Part shown: one piece after another, positions 1-7,946 of the stretch
Position numbering within the stretch: position 1 is the stretch's first letter
Layout: each line of letters begins with the position of its first letter
Notes under the pieces: generated by a model
Database searches by the model: none
The model's input: only the letters and a program-made list of their open reading frames with translations
What the model was told of the DNA's origin: nothing
NCBI GenBank assembly: GCA_049273905.1
Contig: JBASRP010000458.1
Location: 1 to 31,508, forward strand
Direction: 5' to 3'
Source: Actinomycetota bacterium
Lineage (GTDB): Bacteria > Actinomycetota > AC-67
DNA length: 31,508 bases
Made by a program: the position numbers and the translations under genes

Positions 1-160
1 GGCTCTGTGCGATGGCCCGCATCATGGCGATGGGCAGGGCGTCGCAGACCTCGCAGACGGTGAGCCTCGGTTCTCCCGAGCTCCGGTAGACGGCGAGCTT
101 CGTGCTTCCGCAGTGACAGGTGGCCGACGCCGGCGCCACCTCCGCCTCGTATCCGTCCAT
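1..160 (-). CDS. small Cys-rich (CxC...CxxC) hypothetical protein, 3' end runs off window
   Basis: Read manually: MDGYEAEVAPASATCHCGSTKLAVYRSSGEPRLTVCEVCDALPIAMM...; SD GGAGGT upstream of ATG at 160. Confidence 0.6.
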   Translation of the reverse strand, partial: MDGYEAEVAPASATCHCGSTKLAVYRSSGEPRLTVCEVCDALPIAMMRAIAQS

Positions 161-222
161 GCCCCACCTCCGTTCGAGGTGGCCGGGGTCCGGGGCCGAC
201 GCTGAGTACTCGAAGAATCGTA

Positions 223-969
223 CTAGACCGTCGTGACGTACACGGCGATCGTCTCGCCCTGCGCGCCACCGTGCACCACCAGCTTGAGCCTGCCCCCTAC
301 GTCCACCGGGTGCACGATGTACGCCCCGCCGTAGCGGCCGGCGGTTTCGGGATCGGTGTCGGAGGCGTCGACCGACACCCACGCGTCCCACGGAACATCG
401 GTCAGGATGTGGCCGCGGCCCTGTGCGTCGAGCTTGCCGACCGGGATCATCTGGCGCATGTAGCGACCTCCTGCTAGCGGGACGGGTGGCGGCAGGGGTT
501 GGGGCACGACATAGGCGCCGGGTGTGGGTTCCGAGGCGGCCTCGAGCTTGGGTGGGGGCCCGGGGTATTCGATGTGCGGCCAGTCCTGCCTGCTGAACCG
601 TCGGCCCCAGTAGAAGTCGAACGACTCGAACGCGGCTGCAAACTCCGTCGGCACGGTGTTGAGGGGTTTCCACACCCCGCCCGGCGGGACCACGCCCGGG
701 TCCGTGGCGAAGAAGTCCCATGCCAGCCCGTGCGAGTGAAGCGACGTCGACGAGGACCCGCGGATGGACCGGCATGCGTACGAATCGATGCGCTTGGGCT
801 TCCACCCGCTCTGCCGATCAGCAGCGTTGCAGGCGAGCAGGAACACCGGGGCCACCAGTTTGTGCACCCTGGCCCGGATACCCCACGGGGTCGTGACCAC
901 GGTGAGACGGGATTGGTCGCACGGGGGGCCGAACCAGCGCGTGCGATCAGCTTGCGTGAGCCTAGCCAC
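223..969 (-). CDS. endolysin, peptidase M15 family Zn peptidase
   Basis: Motifs Y-A-C-R, S-L-H-S-H-G-L-A-W-D (SxHxxGxAxD) and D-W-P-H-I-E; Pro-rich linker then a C-terminal beta-rich domain. Confidence 0.85.
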   Translation of the reverse strand: MARLTQADRTRWFGPPCDQSRLTVVTTPWGIRARVHKLVAPVFLLACNAADRQSGWKPKRIDSYACRSIRGSSSTSLHSHGLAWDFFATDPGVVPPGGVWKPLNTVPTEFAAAFESFDFYWGRRFSRQDWPHIEYPGPPPKLEAASEPTPGAYVVPQPLPPPVPLAGGRYMRQMIPVGKLDAQGRGHILTDVPWDAWVSVDASDTDPETAGRYGGAYIVHPVDVGGRLKLVVHGGAQGETIAVYVTTV

Positions 970-1156
970 GGCTGTTCACGCGCTGCGCCTCGAGTTTCTT
1001 CCGCTTGGTGTACGCACGGGTGTGCTGCGCGTCGCACTGCTTGCACCGGTCGAAGCGCTGCCCGGCCCGCTCGCCCGTGCGGCGGATCCCAAAAAAGTAC
1101 GCTGGCAGCAGCAGGCCGCATCCTCGGCAGAGGTAGGAGGTGACATGGCGTCCCAT
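962..1156 (-). CDS. small Zn-finger protein (CxxC...CxxC, basic tail)
   Basis: CRGC and CKQC pairs; overlaps endolysin start; TAGAAT 6 nt before ATG suggests a leaderless transcript. Confidence 0.65.
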   Translation of the reverse strand: MGRHVTSYLCRGCGLLLPAYFFGIRRTGERAGQRFDRCKQCDAQHTRAYTKRKKLEAQRVNSRG

Positions 1157-1162
1157 GGGACG

Positions 1163-1168
1163 ATTCTA
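1163..1168 (-). promoter_or_regulatory. -10 box TAGAAT of a leaderless promoter for the Zn-finger/endolysin operon
   Basis: Minus strand reads TAGAAT-cgtccc-ATG(1156). Confidence 0.55.
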
Positions 1169-1381
1169 CCCGCCACGCCACCCGTGAGCCCGGAGGGGAG
1201 CGCCGGGGACTATCTGTGATGGATTCCCTTATCCGGGGGGCTTGCGCAGCTCCATGACCCGCTGAGGGGGCTCTCGGGCCGATCTGGGTCCTTGGCGACT
1301 GTCCCCCTCACGAAACAGCGCAGGGCGGGCTACGCCGGATGCGGCTGGGACAGCCACCAGGCGGAGCGGACAATCATCGTC

Positions 1382-1798
1382 ATGGCTACCGACGCGCGGG
1401 CGATGTGGTGGGTCTACCGCCTGTGGCGGGATGACGAGCTGCTCTACGTGGGTTCCACCTGCGAGCCCTGGACGCGGTTCCGCAGTCATGCGACCGAGCG
1501 GACATGGTACGACGAGGCCAACTCGGCGGACTGGACGGGGTATCCGTCCAAGCAAGCGGCGCGGGACGCCGAGCGGGAGCAGATCGCTGTCTACAACCCC
1601 ACCCACAACATCCAGCGCTGGGGGTACAACCGGCTGGGGGCACAACCGGCTGGGGGTACAACCCGGCCGGATGCCCCCAAACCGACGGGTGTGATATTCA
1701 ACGCTTCCGAGCACAGAAGGCATCTCAGCCACGACCCAGCCTACGCTGCGGCTTGGGACGAACTCAGGGCAGCCTTTCGGCAGGAGCAGGACTATTGA
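1382..1798 (+). CDS. GIY-YIG domain nuclease
   Basis: VYRL...LLYVGST...R-F-R-S-H...E-R-E-Q-I...P-T-H-N matches the GIY-YIG pattern; ATG 1382 preferred over the TTG at 1292, start uncertain. Confidence 0.8.
   Translation: MATDARAMWWVYRLWRDDELLYVGSTCEPWTRFRSHATERTWYDEANSADWTGYPSKQAARDAEREQIAVYNPTHNIQRWGYNRLGAQPAGGTTRPDAPKPTGVIFNASEHRRHLSHDPAYAAAWDELRAAFRQEQDY
1617..1664 (+). repeat. 3 x 16-bp tandem repeat GCTGGGGG(T/C)ACAACC(G/C)
   Basis: Copies at 1617, 1633 and 1649. Confidence 0.9.
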
Positions 1799-1823
1799 CA
1801 TGGTGTCCACCAAGGAGCATACT
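1795..1823 (+). promoter_or_regulatory. sigma-A-like promoter TTGACA-N17-CATACT with overlapping GACA-N3-TGTC palindrome
   Basis: TTGACA 1795-1800, CATACT 1818-1823, GACATGGTGTC 1797-1807. Confidence 0.65.
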
Positions 1824-1855
1824 GGGGCCCTCATACCCGCTCGAGGAGGACACAC

Positions 1856-2146
1856 GTGACAACCCCCCGCAGACCTTGGTTCGACTGGCACGCCCTGCCT
1901 CCCAGAACATGGCAGGAGGGCTGGGACTGGAACCGCTACTTCGCCCGACACCCGCACCTCATGGACTTCCCCTCGGTTCACAGAAGCGTCTCCGGGATCG
2001 TGGCCGATCCTCGTCGTACGCATCTGGCAACGGTCACCGCCGCCGGGGCCGACGAGCTCGCCCGGCTCACTGCTCACCCGACCAATCGTTTCATCCGCAA
2101 GCTCGCCAGGACCGAGACTGCTCGCCGCGCGGAGGTGCAGGCATGA
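1856..2146 (+). CDS. hypothetical protein
   Basis: GTG start with strong SD GAGGAGG; stop overlaps next ATG (ATGA). Confidence 0.7.
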   Translation: MTTPRRPWFDWHALPPRTWQEGWDWNRYFARHPHLMDFPSVHRSVSGIVADPRRTHLATVTAAGADELARLTAHPTNRFIRKLARTETARRAEVQA

Positions 2147-2334
2147 TCCTCCGCCGACTGCTCGCCACCGCGGCCGTCGCTCTTGCCGCCGCTTCCGCCC
2201 TGCTTCTGCCTGCGCTCGGCCCCGATGCGCCCGTCCGGGTCACATTCGAAGATGGGTCTGACTGTGCCCCCACCATGCGCTGCTGGGATGCGGTGCAGGC
2301 AGGGACGTTCTACGCCCCGGAGGTGACACGATGA
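2143..2334 (+). CDS. small secreted/membrane protein
   Basis: MILRRLLATAAVALAAASALLLPALG signal-peptide-like N-terminus; SD GGAGGT; ATGA overlaps at both ends. Confidence 0.65.
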   Translation: MILRRLLATAAVALAAASALLLPALGPDAPVRVTFEDGSDCAPTMRCWDAVQAGTFYAPEVTR

Positions 2335-2507
2335 CCGGCGATGCCTACCTCGGTGGGCTCGAGTCCCGGGGCTGGATGGGGCCCGATCCCGGGGGGGAAG
2401 TCCCCGTCCTGTGCTCCTGCGGGGACGAGCACTACGCCGGCGAGGCGTGCCCGAGTTGCGGGGAGGAACCGGTTACGCCTCCGGAGGGGGATGAGGAGCG
2501 GGCCTGA
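2331..2507 (+). CDS. small Zn-ribbon protein
   Basis: Read manually: MTGDAYLGG...LCSCGDEHYAGEACPSCGEE...; SD GGAGGTG; coupled to the upstream stop. Confidence 0.6.
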   Translation: MTGDAYLGGLESRGWMGPDPGGEVPVLCSCGDEHYAGEACPSCGEEPVTPPEGDEERA

Positions 2508-2520
2508 TGAAAAGGCGCGG

Positions 2521-2871
2521 TCAGCCCGTCATGGTGAGGTCGATGCTCATGTCCCAGTCCTCGAGTGCCCAGCCATCCATGCGGGTGAGAGCGCTGGCAC
2601 AGTGGGAATGCAGGACGAGCTGCCAAGAATGGGACCTGCTCCAAGGAATGGGGAACCGAGCGGATCGGACATCGTAGTCGGTTACGTCCCTGTGTGGCTC
2701 GTCGGTTCGTGTCACATCGTTGTCCGATGGGGACAGCAGGGATCCGCGTGGATCGTCACGTTCGTCCCAGAGCGTCATGCGCGCCATGATTGGTGGCTCA
2801 TCAAGCGGCTTGTGGCAGTAGTCGCACAGATAGGAGCGCTCTCGTGCAACCAGTCGTGGCATCGGAGTCAT
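2521..2871 (-). CDS. hypothetical protein with CxxC...HxxC putative metal site
   Basis: CDYC near the N-terminus and HSHC near the C-terminus; start at 2871 or 2862 uncertain. Confidence 0.55.
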   Translation of the reverse strand: MTPMPRLVARERSYLCDYCHKPLDEPPIMARMTLWDERDDPRGSLLSPSDNDVTRTDEPHRDVTDYDVRSARFPIPWSRSHSWQLVLHSHCASALTRMDGWALEDWDMSIDLTMTG

Positions 2872-2966
2872 ATCCTGCCATGTCCGGGCCCTACATGTCC
2901 CGCAGGGCCGGCCTCTTAGCGCAGTACCGAGGGGGGAGTCCCCTGGGAGGACCTTCCGTTCCCTGA

Positions 2967-3187
2967 TCCTGCCAGTGCTGGAAGAGTCTGTGCTCCTGCC
3001 AGCATCTGACTGGAAGAATCTGTGCACCTGCTGTGGTCTGACCGGGGGTGTGCCGAGGATCGGTGCGTATACAGGTGGTGCTACACACTCGGATCTCTGT
3101 TGGGTTCTTCCCGCAGGTGGCTCGTACGGATGTTGGGTTCTCGCTGGTATGCCCGGATCTGGGGACGCCGGGAGCTCGTTGGGCTCT
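2967..3187. repeat. repeat-rich non-coding region
   Basis: CTGGAAGA(G/A)TCTGTGC(T/A)CCTGC at 2978 and 3010; TGTTGGGTTCT at 3098 and 3131; GTTGGGCTCT at 3178. Confidence 0.6.
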
Positions 3188-3238
3188 GGACCGGTGCGCT
3201 ACGGGTTGGTGAAAACCTAGCAAGTAACTCACGGTAAC

Positions 3239-3598
3239 TCAAGGGTTTCCCGAAACACGCCAGATGATCTTCCGTTTGGGCTTGGCGTTGGGGAGGAGGT
3301 GGGGGCGGAGTTTGTCCCAGAGGAGCATGGGGATGCCGATGAACGTCCAGAACCAGATGGCGGCGATGCCGACACAGATCATGCCGACGACGAGGAGAAC
3401 ACCGAAGTAGAGGATCTTGTCTCCGATGAGGGCGAAGACGAAGAGGCACGTGAGGAGGCCGGCGATGAACTCGAGGGTTTTGGAGAGCTTGCCGTCGCCG
3501 ATGAGATCGGAAAACTTGGAGAGGATGCCTGGGAAGATGCCGATGAGGATGCAGAGCCAGAGGACGATGGTGCCGATGACGAAGGTGACCGGGTGCAT
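3239..3598 (-). CDS. multi-pass membrane protein (holin or exclusion-protein candidate)
   Basis: 3-4 hydrophobic segments and a basic C-terminal tail (KPKRK); SD GAGGAG. Confidence 0.7.
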   Translation of the reverse strand: MHPVTFVIGTIVLWLCILIGIFPGILSKFSDLIGDGKLSKTLEFIAGLLTCLFVFALIGDKILYFGVLLVVGMICVGIAAIWFWTFIGIPMLLWDKLRPHLLPNAKPKRKIIWRVSGNP

Positions 3599-3656
3599 GT
3601 GTGTCTCCTCGAGCGGGTGAGTGTTGACACCATGTTCGCATGGAATGGATGAGAGG

Positions 3657-3866
3657 TCAAGAGGGTGGGATCTTCTTGTGCCGGTCCAGGACGGGACGTT
3701 GCTCCTCCGGGAGAGAATTGGCTTCCCATTTCACCAGCGCCGGCCAGTAGGCTTGGAGAACGGCGAGCGGGACTCCCTCGACCAGCTCCTCGCAGACATC
3801 GCGCCACCCGTCGCAGTAGCCACGGCGGTAGGCCTGGATGTGCGTCTTGTCCGTTTCGGGGTCCAT
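3657..3866 (-). CDS. hypothetical protein
   Basis: MDPETDKTHIQAYRRGYCDGW...; SD GGGAGG 5 nt before ATG at 3866. Confidence 0.65.
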   Translation of the reverse strand: MDPETDKTHIQAYRRGYCDGWRDVCEELVEGVPLAVLQAYWPALVKWEANSLPEEQRPVLDRHKKIPPS

Positions 3867-3876
3867 GGTGTCCTCC

Positions 3877-4115
3877 CAATGGTCTCCAATGGTCAATGGT
3901 CATGACCATTGGGACCCGTCCTGTCCTAAATAAAACCTATGAAAATCACGGAGAGAATATACATATACACGGAGAGTAGTATTTTTAGATCACCTATAGT
4001 AGGGAAACGTCCCAAAACGTCACTGGAACGGGAACTGTATGACCATTGACCATTGACCATTGGGAGCCAAAACGTCCCCGGACGTCCCCAATGGTCTCAA
4101 TGGTCACCAATGGTC
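3877..4115. other. putative replication origin: ten CAATGGTC/GACCATTG octamers around an AT-rich core
   Basis: CAATGGTC at 3877, 3887, 3894, 4089, 4098, 4108; GACCATTG at 3904, 4041, 4048, 4055; AT-rich stretch about 3927-4010; abuts the helicase stop codon. Confidence 0.75.
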
Positions 4116-5784
4116 ACGGGAGTCGCATCACCTTGGCCGGCTTCCCCCCGCGAGCCCCTCGGATCTCGTCCTCGACGATCAGCCGGAGCCGCACCCCGCG
4201 GGCCCGGGTGACCGCGAGACGCTGACCGCTCCAGCCAGTCAACTGCCTTGCCCGCGAGCCGATGAGGTGTTTGTGCTGGACCAAGAGCTCGACAAGGCGG
4301 TTGAGGTCGTCGTCGGTTCCTGAGGGGGGTGGGGCGGTCGTTGCGATCATGTATTCGACGGAGGCCCGGGAGTAATCCCAGACGGCCTGCGCCGAGGTCA
4401 TGTGGCGCAGTTCGATGTATGTGGACCCGTCGAGCAGCGCGTAGAACAGAGCGAGTCGCTGGACGTAGGTGTCCCCCCTTCCCAGAAAACCGACAAGGGG
4501 GCCTTCGTTGGGGATCGACCGGCGCATCTCGGCGTATTTCTCGGTCCACCAATCGCGGGAGTCGGCGGAGAAAACCAGTCGACCACGATTGGATGCGTCC
4601 TCGACCACCGAACGGATCCGTACGGGTAATGCGATGAGTTCGGGAGTGTCCAGGGTTCCGCCGAACGGGAGCATTTTGAGTGACCGCACCGCGATATACA
4701 GGAAACGATTGGCAAACCCGTTGGAGATGTCTGTCGAGGACAATTTCCCGGCGAGTTCGCTCATGGTGGCGTGACCCATGATGCAGATATGGGACTGCTT
4801 CGCCACCGAGGGGTTCTGCTTGCTCTTGCCCCCGAGGGGTTTGGAGTCCCAGGCGTCGCGGATGTAGCCGGACATGGAGTTGCCCTGCCGGTGCATCCGC
4901 TCGAGGCCCGATGCGAACTCCTCGTCGATCACGTACAGGCGCTTGTCGTCCACGCCGGGATCCTTGTCGTGTTCGTCGCGGACCTGATGGACCAGGGCTT
5001 CGCCCGAGTTGGGCATGGTCTCGTGCCGGTCCATGACGAAATCCGGGTCGACCTGGCGCATGAGCCACGAGATCATGCTGTCCGCGGCCCCCTTGCGGGA
5101 TCGCCCGGTGTCCCCGATGAGGACGGCGAACAGCTTGGCCGGGTGCTGGCGCCCGCTGAGTGTGATGTGGGGACCCGCCCCGACCATGCATCCGAATTGG
5201 CAGAGGAACGTGACGAGCAGCCCGGTCTCATCCGCCTCCGTCTCGCTCGAGAGAGCTGCGACCACCTCGCCGGCGAGCCCGTCGTAGGCTTCGGGGCGCA
5301 TGATGGGCCAGGGAGTAGCGATTCCTGATTCGGAAAGGTTGTCGTCTTCGGTCAGCAACATGCTGGCCAGCAGCCTCTTGGAACGGGGGTCCGGGCCCTT
5401 CGCGACTCCGCTCAGGATCATGGCGGTCCGCTCGAGGACCCGCCGCTCCCGGAGCTCCAGCATGGTCTCGACGTAGTGCAGCCCGGACGACGGTGCTGCG
5501 ATCTCGGCTACCAGCTGGTGCAGGAGGGATCCGAGTGGTCGGTGGAAGTCCATGCCGTTTGCCCGCCGCAGGAGCGCGGGCGGCTCCACGGGATGCCCGT
5601 CTTCGACGGAGGACGCGATGAGCTGGAACACACCCCGGTGGTCCTCGTCCCCGAAGTCGTCTTCGCGCAGGGTGCTGACGGCTTTGGTGCGGACTTCTTC
5701 GGAGAGGATGCTGCTTCCGAGTACGGCTGCTTCGGTGGCGATGTCGTAGAGGAGATTAGAATTTGGCACGGGAGGAGGACCCAT
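4114..5784 (-). CDS. replication protein: DnaB N-terminal domain + DUF3987-type P-loop helicase + C-terminal winged helix
   Basis: ATEAAVLGSSIL...LREDDF...HRGVF (DnaB-N); LFAVLIGDTGRSRKG, SGEALV, DEEFAS, IRDAWD, SNGFANRFL (DUF3987-like); SD GAAAGGAG. Confidence 0.8.
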   Translation of the reverse strand: MGPPPVPNSNLLYDIATEAAVLGSSILSEEVRTKAVSTLREDDFGDEDHRGVFQLIASSVEDGHPVEPPALLRRANGMDFHRPLGSLLHQLVAEIAAPSSGLHYVETMLELRERRVLERTAMILSGVAKGPDPRSKRLLASMLLTEDDNLSESGIATPWPIMRPEAYDGLAGEVVAALSSETEADETGLLVTFLCQFGCMVGAGPHITLSGRQHPAKLFAVLIGDTGRSRKGAADSMISWLMRQVDPDFVMDRHETMPNSGEALVHQVRDEHDKDPGVDDKRLYVIDEEFASGLERMHRQGNSMSGYIRDAWDSKPLGGKSKQNPSVAKQSHICIMGHATMSELAGKLSSTDISNGFANRFLYIAVRSLKMLPFGGTLDTPELIALPVRIRSVVEDASNRGRLVFSADSRDWWTEKYAEMRRSIPNEGPLVGFLGRGDTYVQRLALFYALLDGSTYIELRHMTSAQAVWDYSRASVEYMIATTAPPPSGTDDDLNRLVELLVQHKHLIGSRARQLTGWSGQRLAVTRARGVRLRLIVEDEIRGARGGKPAKVMRLP

Positions 5785-5940
5785 CTCCTTTCGGGCCCGA
5801 CGTGAGGGGGCGGCCGGCCCCCTCTTTCCGGGCCCTTCCTTGGCCGTCTGCTTGACCGAACTGAACCAGCCTATTCGCGCCTAGAAGGCTAATCAACCCT
5901 TTCGTTTCAAGCCCTTCCGATGAACCCTCAGTCTGTGCTC

Positions 5941-5946
5941 TATGCT
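5941..5946 (+). promoter_or_regulatory. possible -10 box (TATGCT) for a leaderless terminase transcript
   Basis: 8 nt before ATG 5955; no SD precedes that ATG. Confidence 0.45.
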
Positions 5947-5954
5947 TAGCGTTC

Positions 5955-7946
5955 ATGGGACGCGGGACGGGCGCACGTCAGCTGCAGCCCAACGAGGAAG
6001 CCATCATTCTGCAGATGGCCAAGGAAGGGCACACCCTCAAAGCCATCGGTGAGGTGATCAGCCGTGACGCCCAGACCATCCGCCGGTTTCTGGATCGGGT
6101 CAACTTCGGGGGGCGGGACAGGATTCGCAACGAAGACCTGCAGGGTCCGATCCCCCGTCACAGGCTCAGCAAGGCCGCGCTGCGCGGTCTCGAGGACTTC
6201 GCGTTCTTCCGCATGCACTTCTTCGGCCACATCACCCGGCCTTGGCACACCGAGGCCGCGGTCAAGATCAAGGCCTACCTCGAGAGCCCCAACCGGGAGT
6301 TCGTCGTGCTCAATGCGCCTTCTGGGAGTGGCAAGAGCACGTACAAGGTCGATCTCGCCGCATGGCTGACCTGCCATAACCGCGGGATCCGGGGGCTGTT
6401 CGGGTCCGACACACAGAACAACGCCAACCGCGATCTGCGTCGGCTGCGCCGCATGTTCGAGCGGACGACCCCCATGAAGGCGACCGAGTACGAGCTCCGG
6501 TGGGAGCTGGCCGCCGATGCCCGGAGCACCCTCTCACTCGCTTACGGCCGGTTCAAGCCGATCTTCCAGGAGACCTGGAAGGAGGACGGGTTCATCGTCG
6601 AGCAGGCCGGCGAGCAGCTCGTCAGCGAGAGGGAACCGACGTGGAGTTCCTACGGCCGGGACTCCGGGGTGCTGGGCAACCGGTTCAACATCGTCTTCTG
6701 GGACGATCTGGTCACGAAGAAGAACACCCAGACCGTCGAGGGTCGCGACAAGTTGCGCCACGATTGGGACACGGAGCTCGAGAGCCGGCTCGAGCCCGGG
6801 GGGATGCACGTCCTCATGGGTCAGCGCATGGCCCCCGACGATCTCTACCGCTACTGCCTCGACAAGCTGACGGAGGAGCTCGGCGCCGACGAGGACGGCA
6901 ACGAGATTGTGCTCGCCACCCGGCCGAAGTACCACCACATCGCGTACAAGGCCCACTACGAGGAGCGGTGCCTGTACGGCGCCAAGGGTTCCCACCTGCG
7001 CGATGCCCTGCCGTGGAAACGGGAGAACGACGGGTACGGGGGTTGTCTGCTCGACCCCGGCAGGCTGCCGTGGGTGGACCTGCGCGGCATCATGGGCAAC
7101 AACCCCAACGCCTACGCCATGCTCTACCAGCAGGAGGACGGTCACCTCGACGACGCGCTGGTGCTCGACAGCTGGATCGAGGGGACGACCGATGACGAGG
7201 GGACCCACGTCGGGTGTCTCGACCGCGACCGGGGGCTGAGAGAGATGCCGAAGGGGCTGCGGGGCCCCCTGTGGTCCATCGCCACGATCGACCCGTCGGC
7301 GTCGAACTGGTGGGGGGTCATGTGGTGGGTCGTCGCCCAGCCGGCGGATCTGCGGTTCCTGTTCGACATCTTCAACGAACGGGTGCAGGCCCCGCGCCTG
7401 CTGGACTGGGACAACGACGCGCAGGCCCATGTCGGGCTCATGGAGGACTGGCAGCAGGCATCGCTCGAGCTCGGGTTCCCGATCACGCACTGGATCGTCG
7501 AGGAGAACGCCTGCCAGAAGTGGCTCTACCAGTACGAACACTTCAAGCGGTGGCAGACCAAGTGGCGGGTGAACGTCCTGCCCCACTCCACCGGCCATCG
7601 CAAGCTCGATTCCAAGTTGGGCGTCCCGATGCTCGGGCCCCTCTACAAGTTCGGGAAGTACCGCCTGCCGTGGGCCAAGCCGGCGCAGCCCAAGGTCCGC
7701 AAGCTGGTGACCCAGCTCACGCGTTGGAGCAGCGAGCGGAAGATGGTCGACGACCTCGTGATGAGCAACTGGTTCCTCGAGGTCAAGCTGGGTCAGATCA
7801 TGGGGGCGCTGCACGCGGAGGAGCCCGTCTACCTCGACCGGCCCTCGTGGCTGGGGGGCGGCGGCCGGTGGGAGCCCGAGCGTTCGCAGGGGGCCGAGAG
7901 CCCGTACGAGCGGTGGCTGCGTGAGCGGAGGGCGGGAGTCGTGTGA
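5955..7946 (+). CDS. terL: terminase large subunit with N-terminal HTH extension
   Basis: Walker A APSGSGKST, Walker B IVFWDDL, motif C VLMGQR, YQQE hinge, nuclease IDPS and DDLVMS; directly upstream of portal. Confidence 0.92.
   Translation: MGRGTGARQLQPNEEAIILQMAKEGHTLKAIGEVISRDAQTIRRFLDRVNFGGRDRIRNEDLQGPIPRHRLSKAALRGLEDFAFFRMHFFGHITRPWHTEAAVKIKAYLESPNREFVVLNAPSGSGKSTYKVDLAAWLTCHNRGIRGLFGSDTQNNANRDLRRLRRMFERTTPMKATEYELRWELAADARSTLSLAYGRFKPIFQETWKEDGFIVEQAGEQLVSEREPTWSSYGRDSGVLGNRFNIVFWDDLVTKKNTQTVEGRDKLRHDWDTELESRLEPGGMHVLMGQRMAPDDLYRYCLDKLTEELGADEDGNEIVLATRPKYHHIAYKAHYEERCLYGAKGSHLRDALPWKRENDGYGGCLLDPGRLPWVDLRGIMGNNPNAYAMLYQQEDGHLDDALVLDSWIEGTTDDEGTHVGCLDRDRGLREMPKGLRGPLWSIATIDPSASNWWGVMWWVVAQPADLRFLFDIFNERVQAPRLLDWDNDAQAHVGLMEDWQQASLELGFPITHWIVEENACQKWLYQYEHFKRWQTKWRVNVLPHSTGHRKLDSKLGVPMLGPLYKFGKYRLPWAKPAQPKVRKLVTQLTRWSSERKMVDDLVMSNWFLEVKLGQIMGALHAEEPVYLDRPSWLGGGGRWEPERSQGAESPYERWLRERRAGVV

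Noticed and set aside
2891..3232. Short ORFs in the repeat island (2891-3232 -, 2975-3220 +, 3022-3237 +)
   Set aside because: No convincing SD, atypical codon usage, and translations only mirror the DNA repeats
3299..3652. Very acidic plus-strand ORF as a DNA mimic
   Set aside because: It is the antisense of a hydrophobic membrane-protein gene that has a strong SD; the acidity follows from Phe/Leu/Ile/Val codons
3877..4115. CRISPR array or mini-array
   Set aside because: Repeats are 8 bp, in both orientations and mostly abutting, with no regular 30-40 bp spacers and no cas genes
5955..7946. Intein in the terminase
   Set aside because: No intein splice-junction or LAGLIDADG blocks seen; the extra length is explained by the HTH and short insertions
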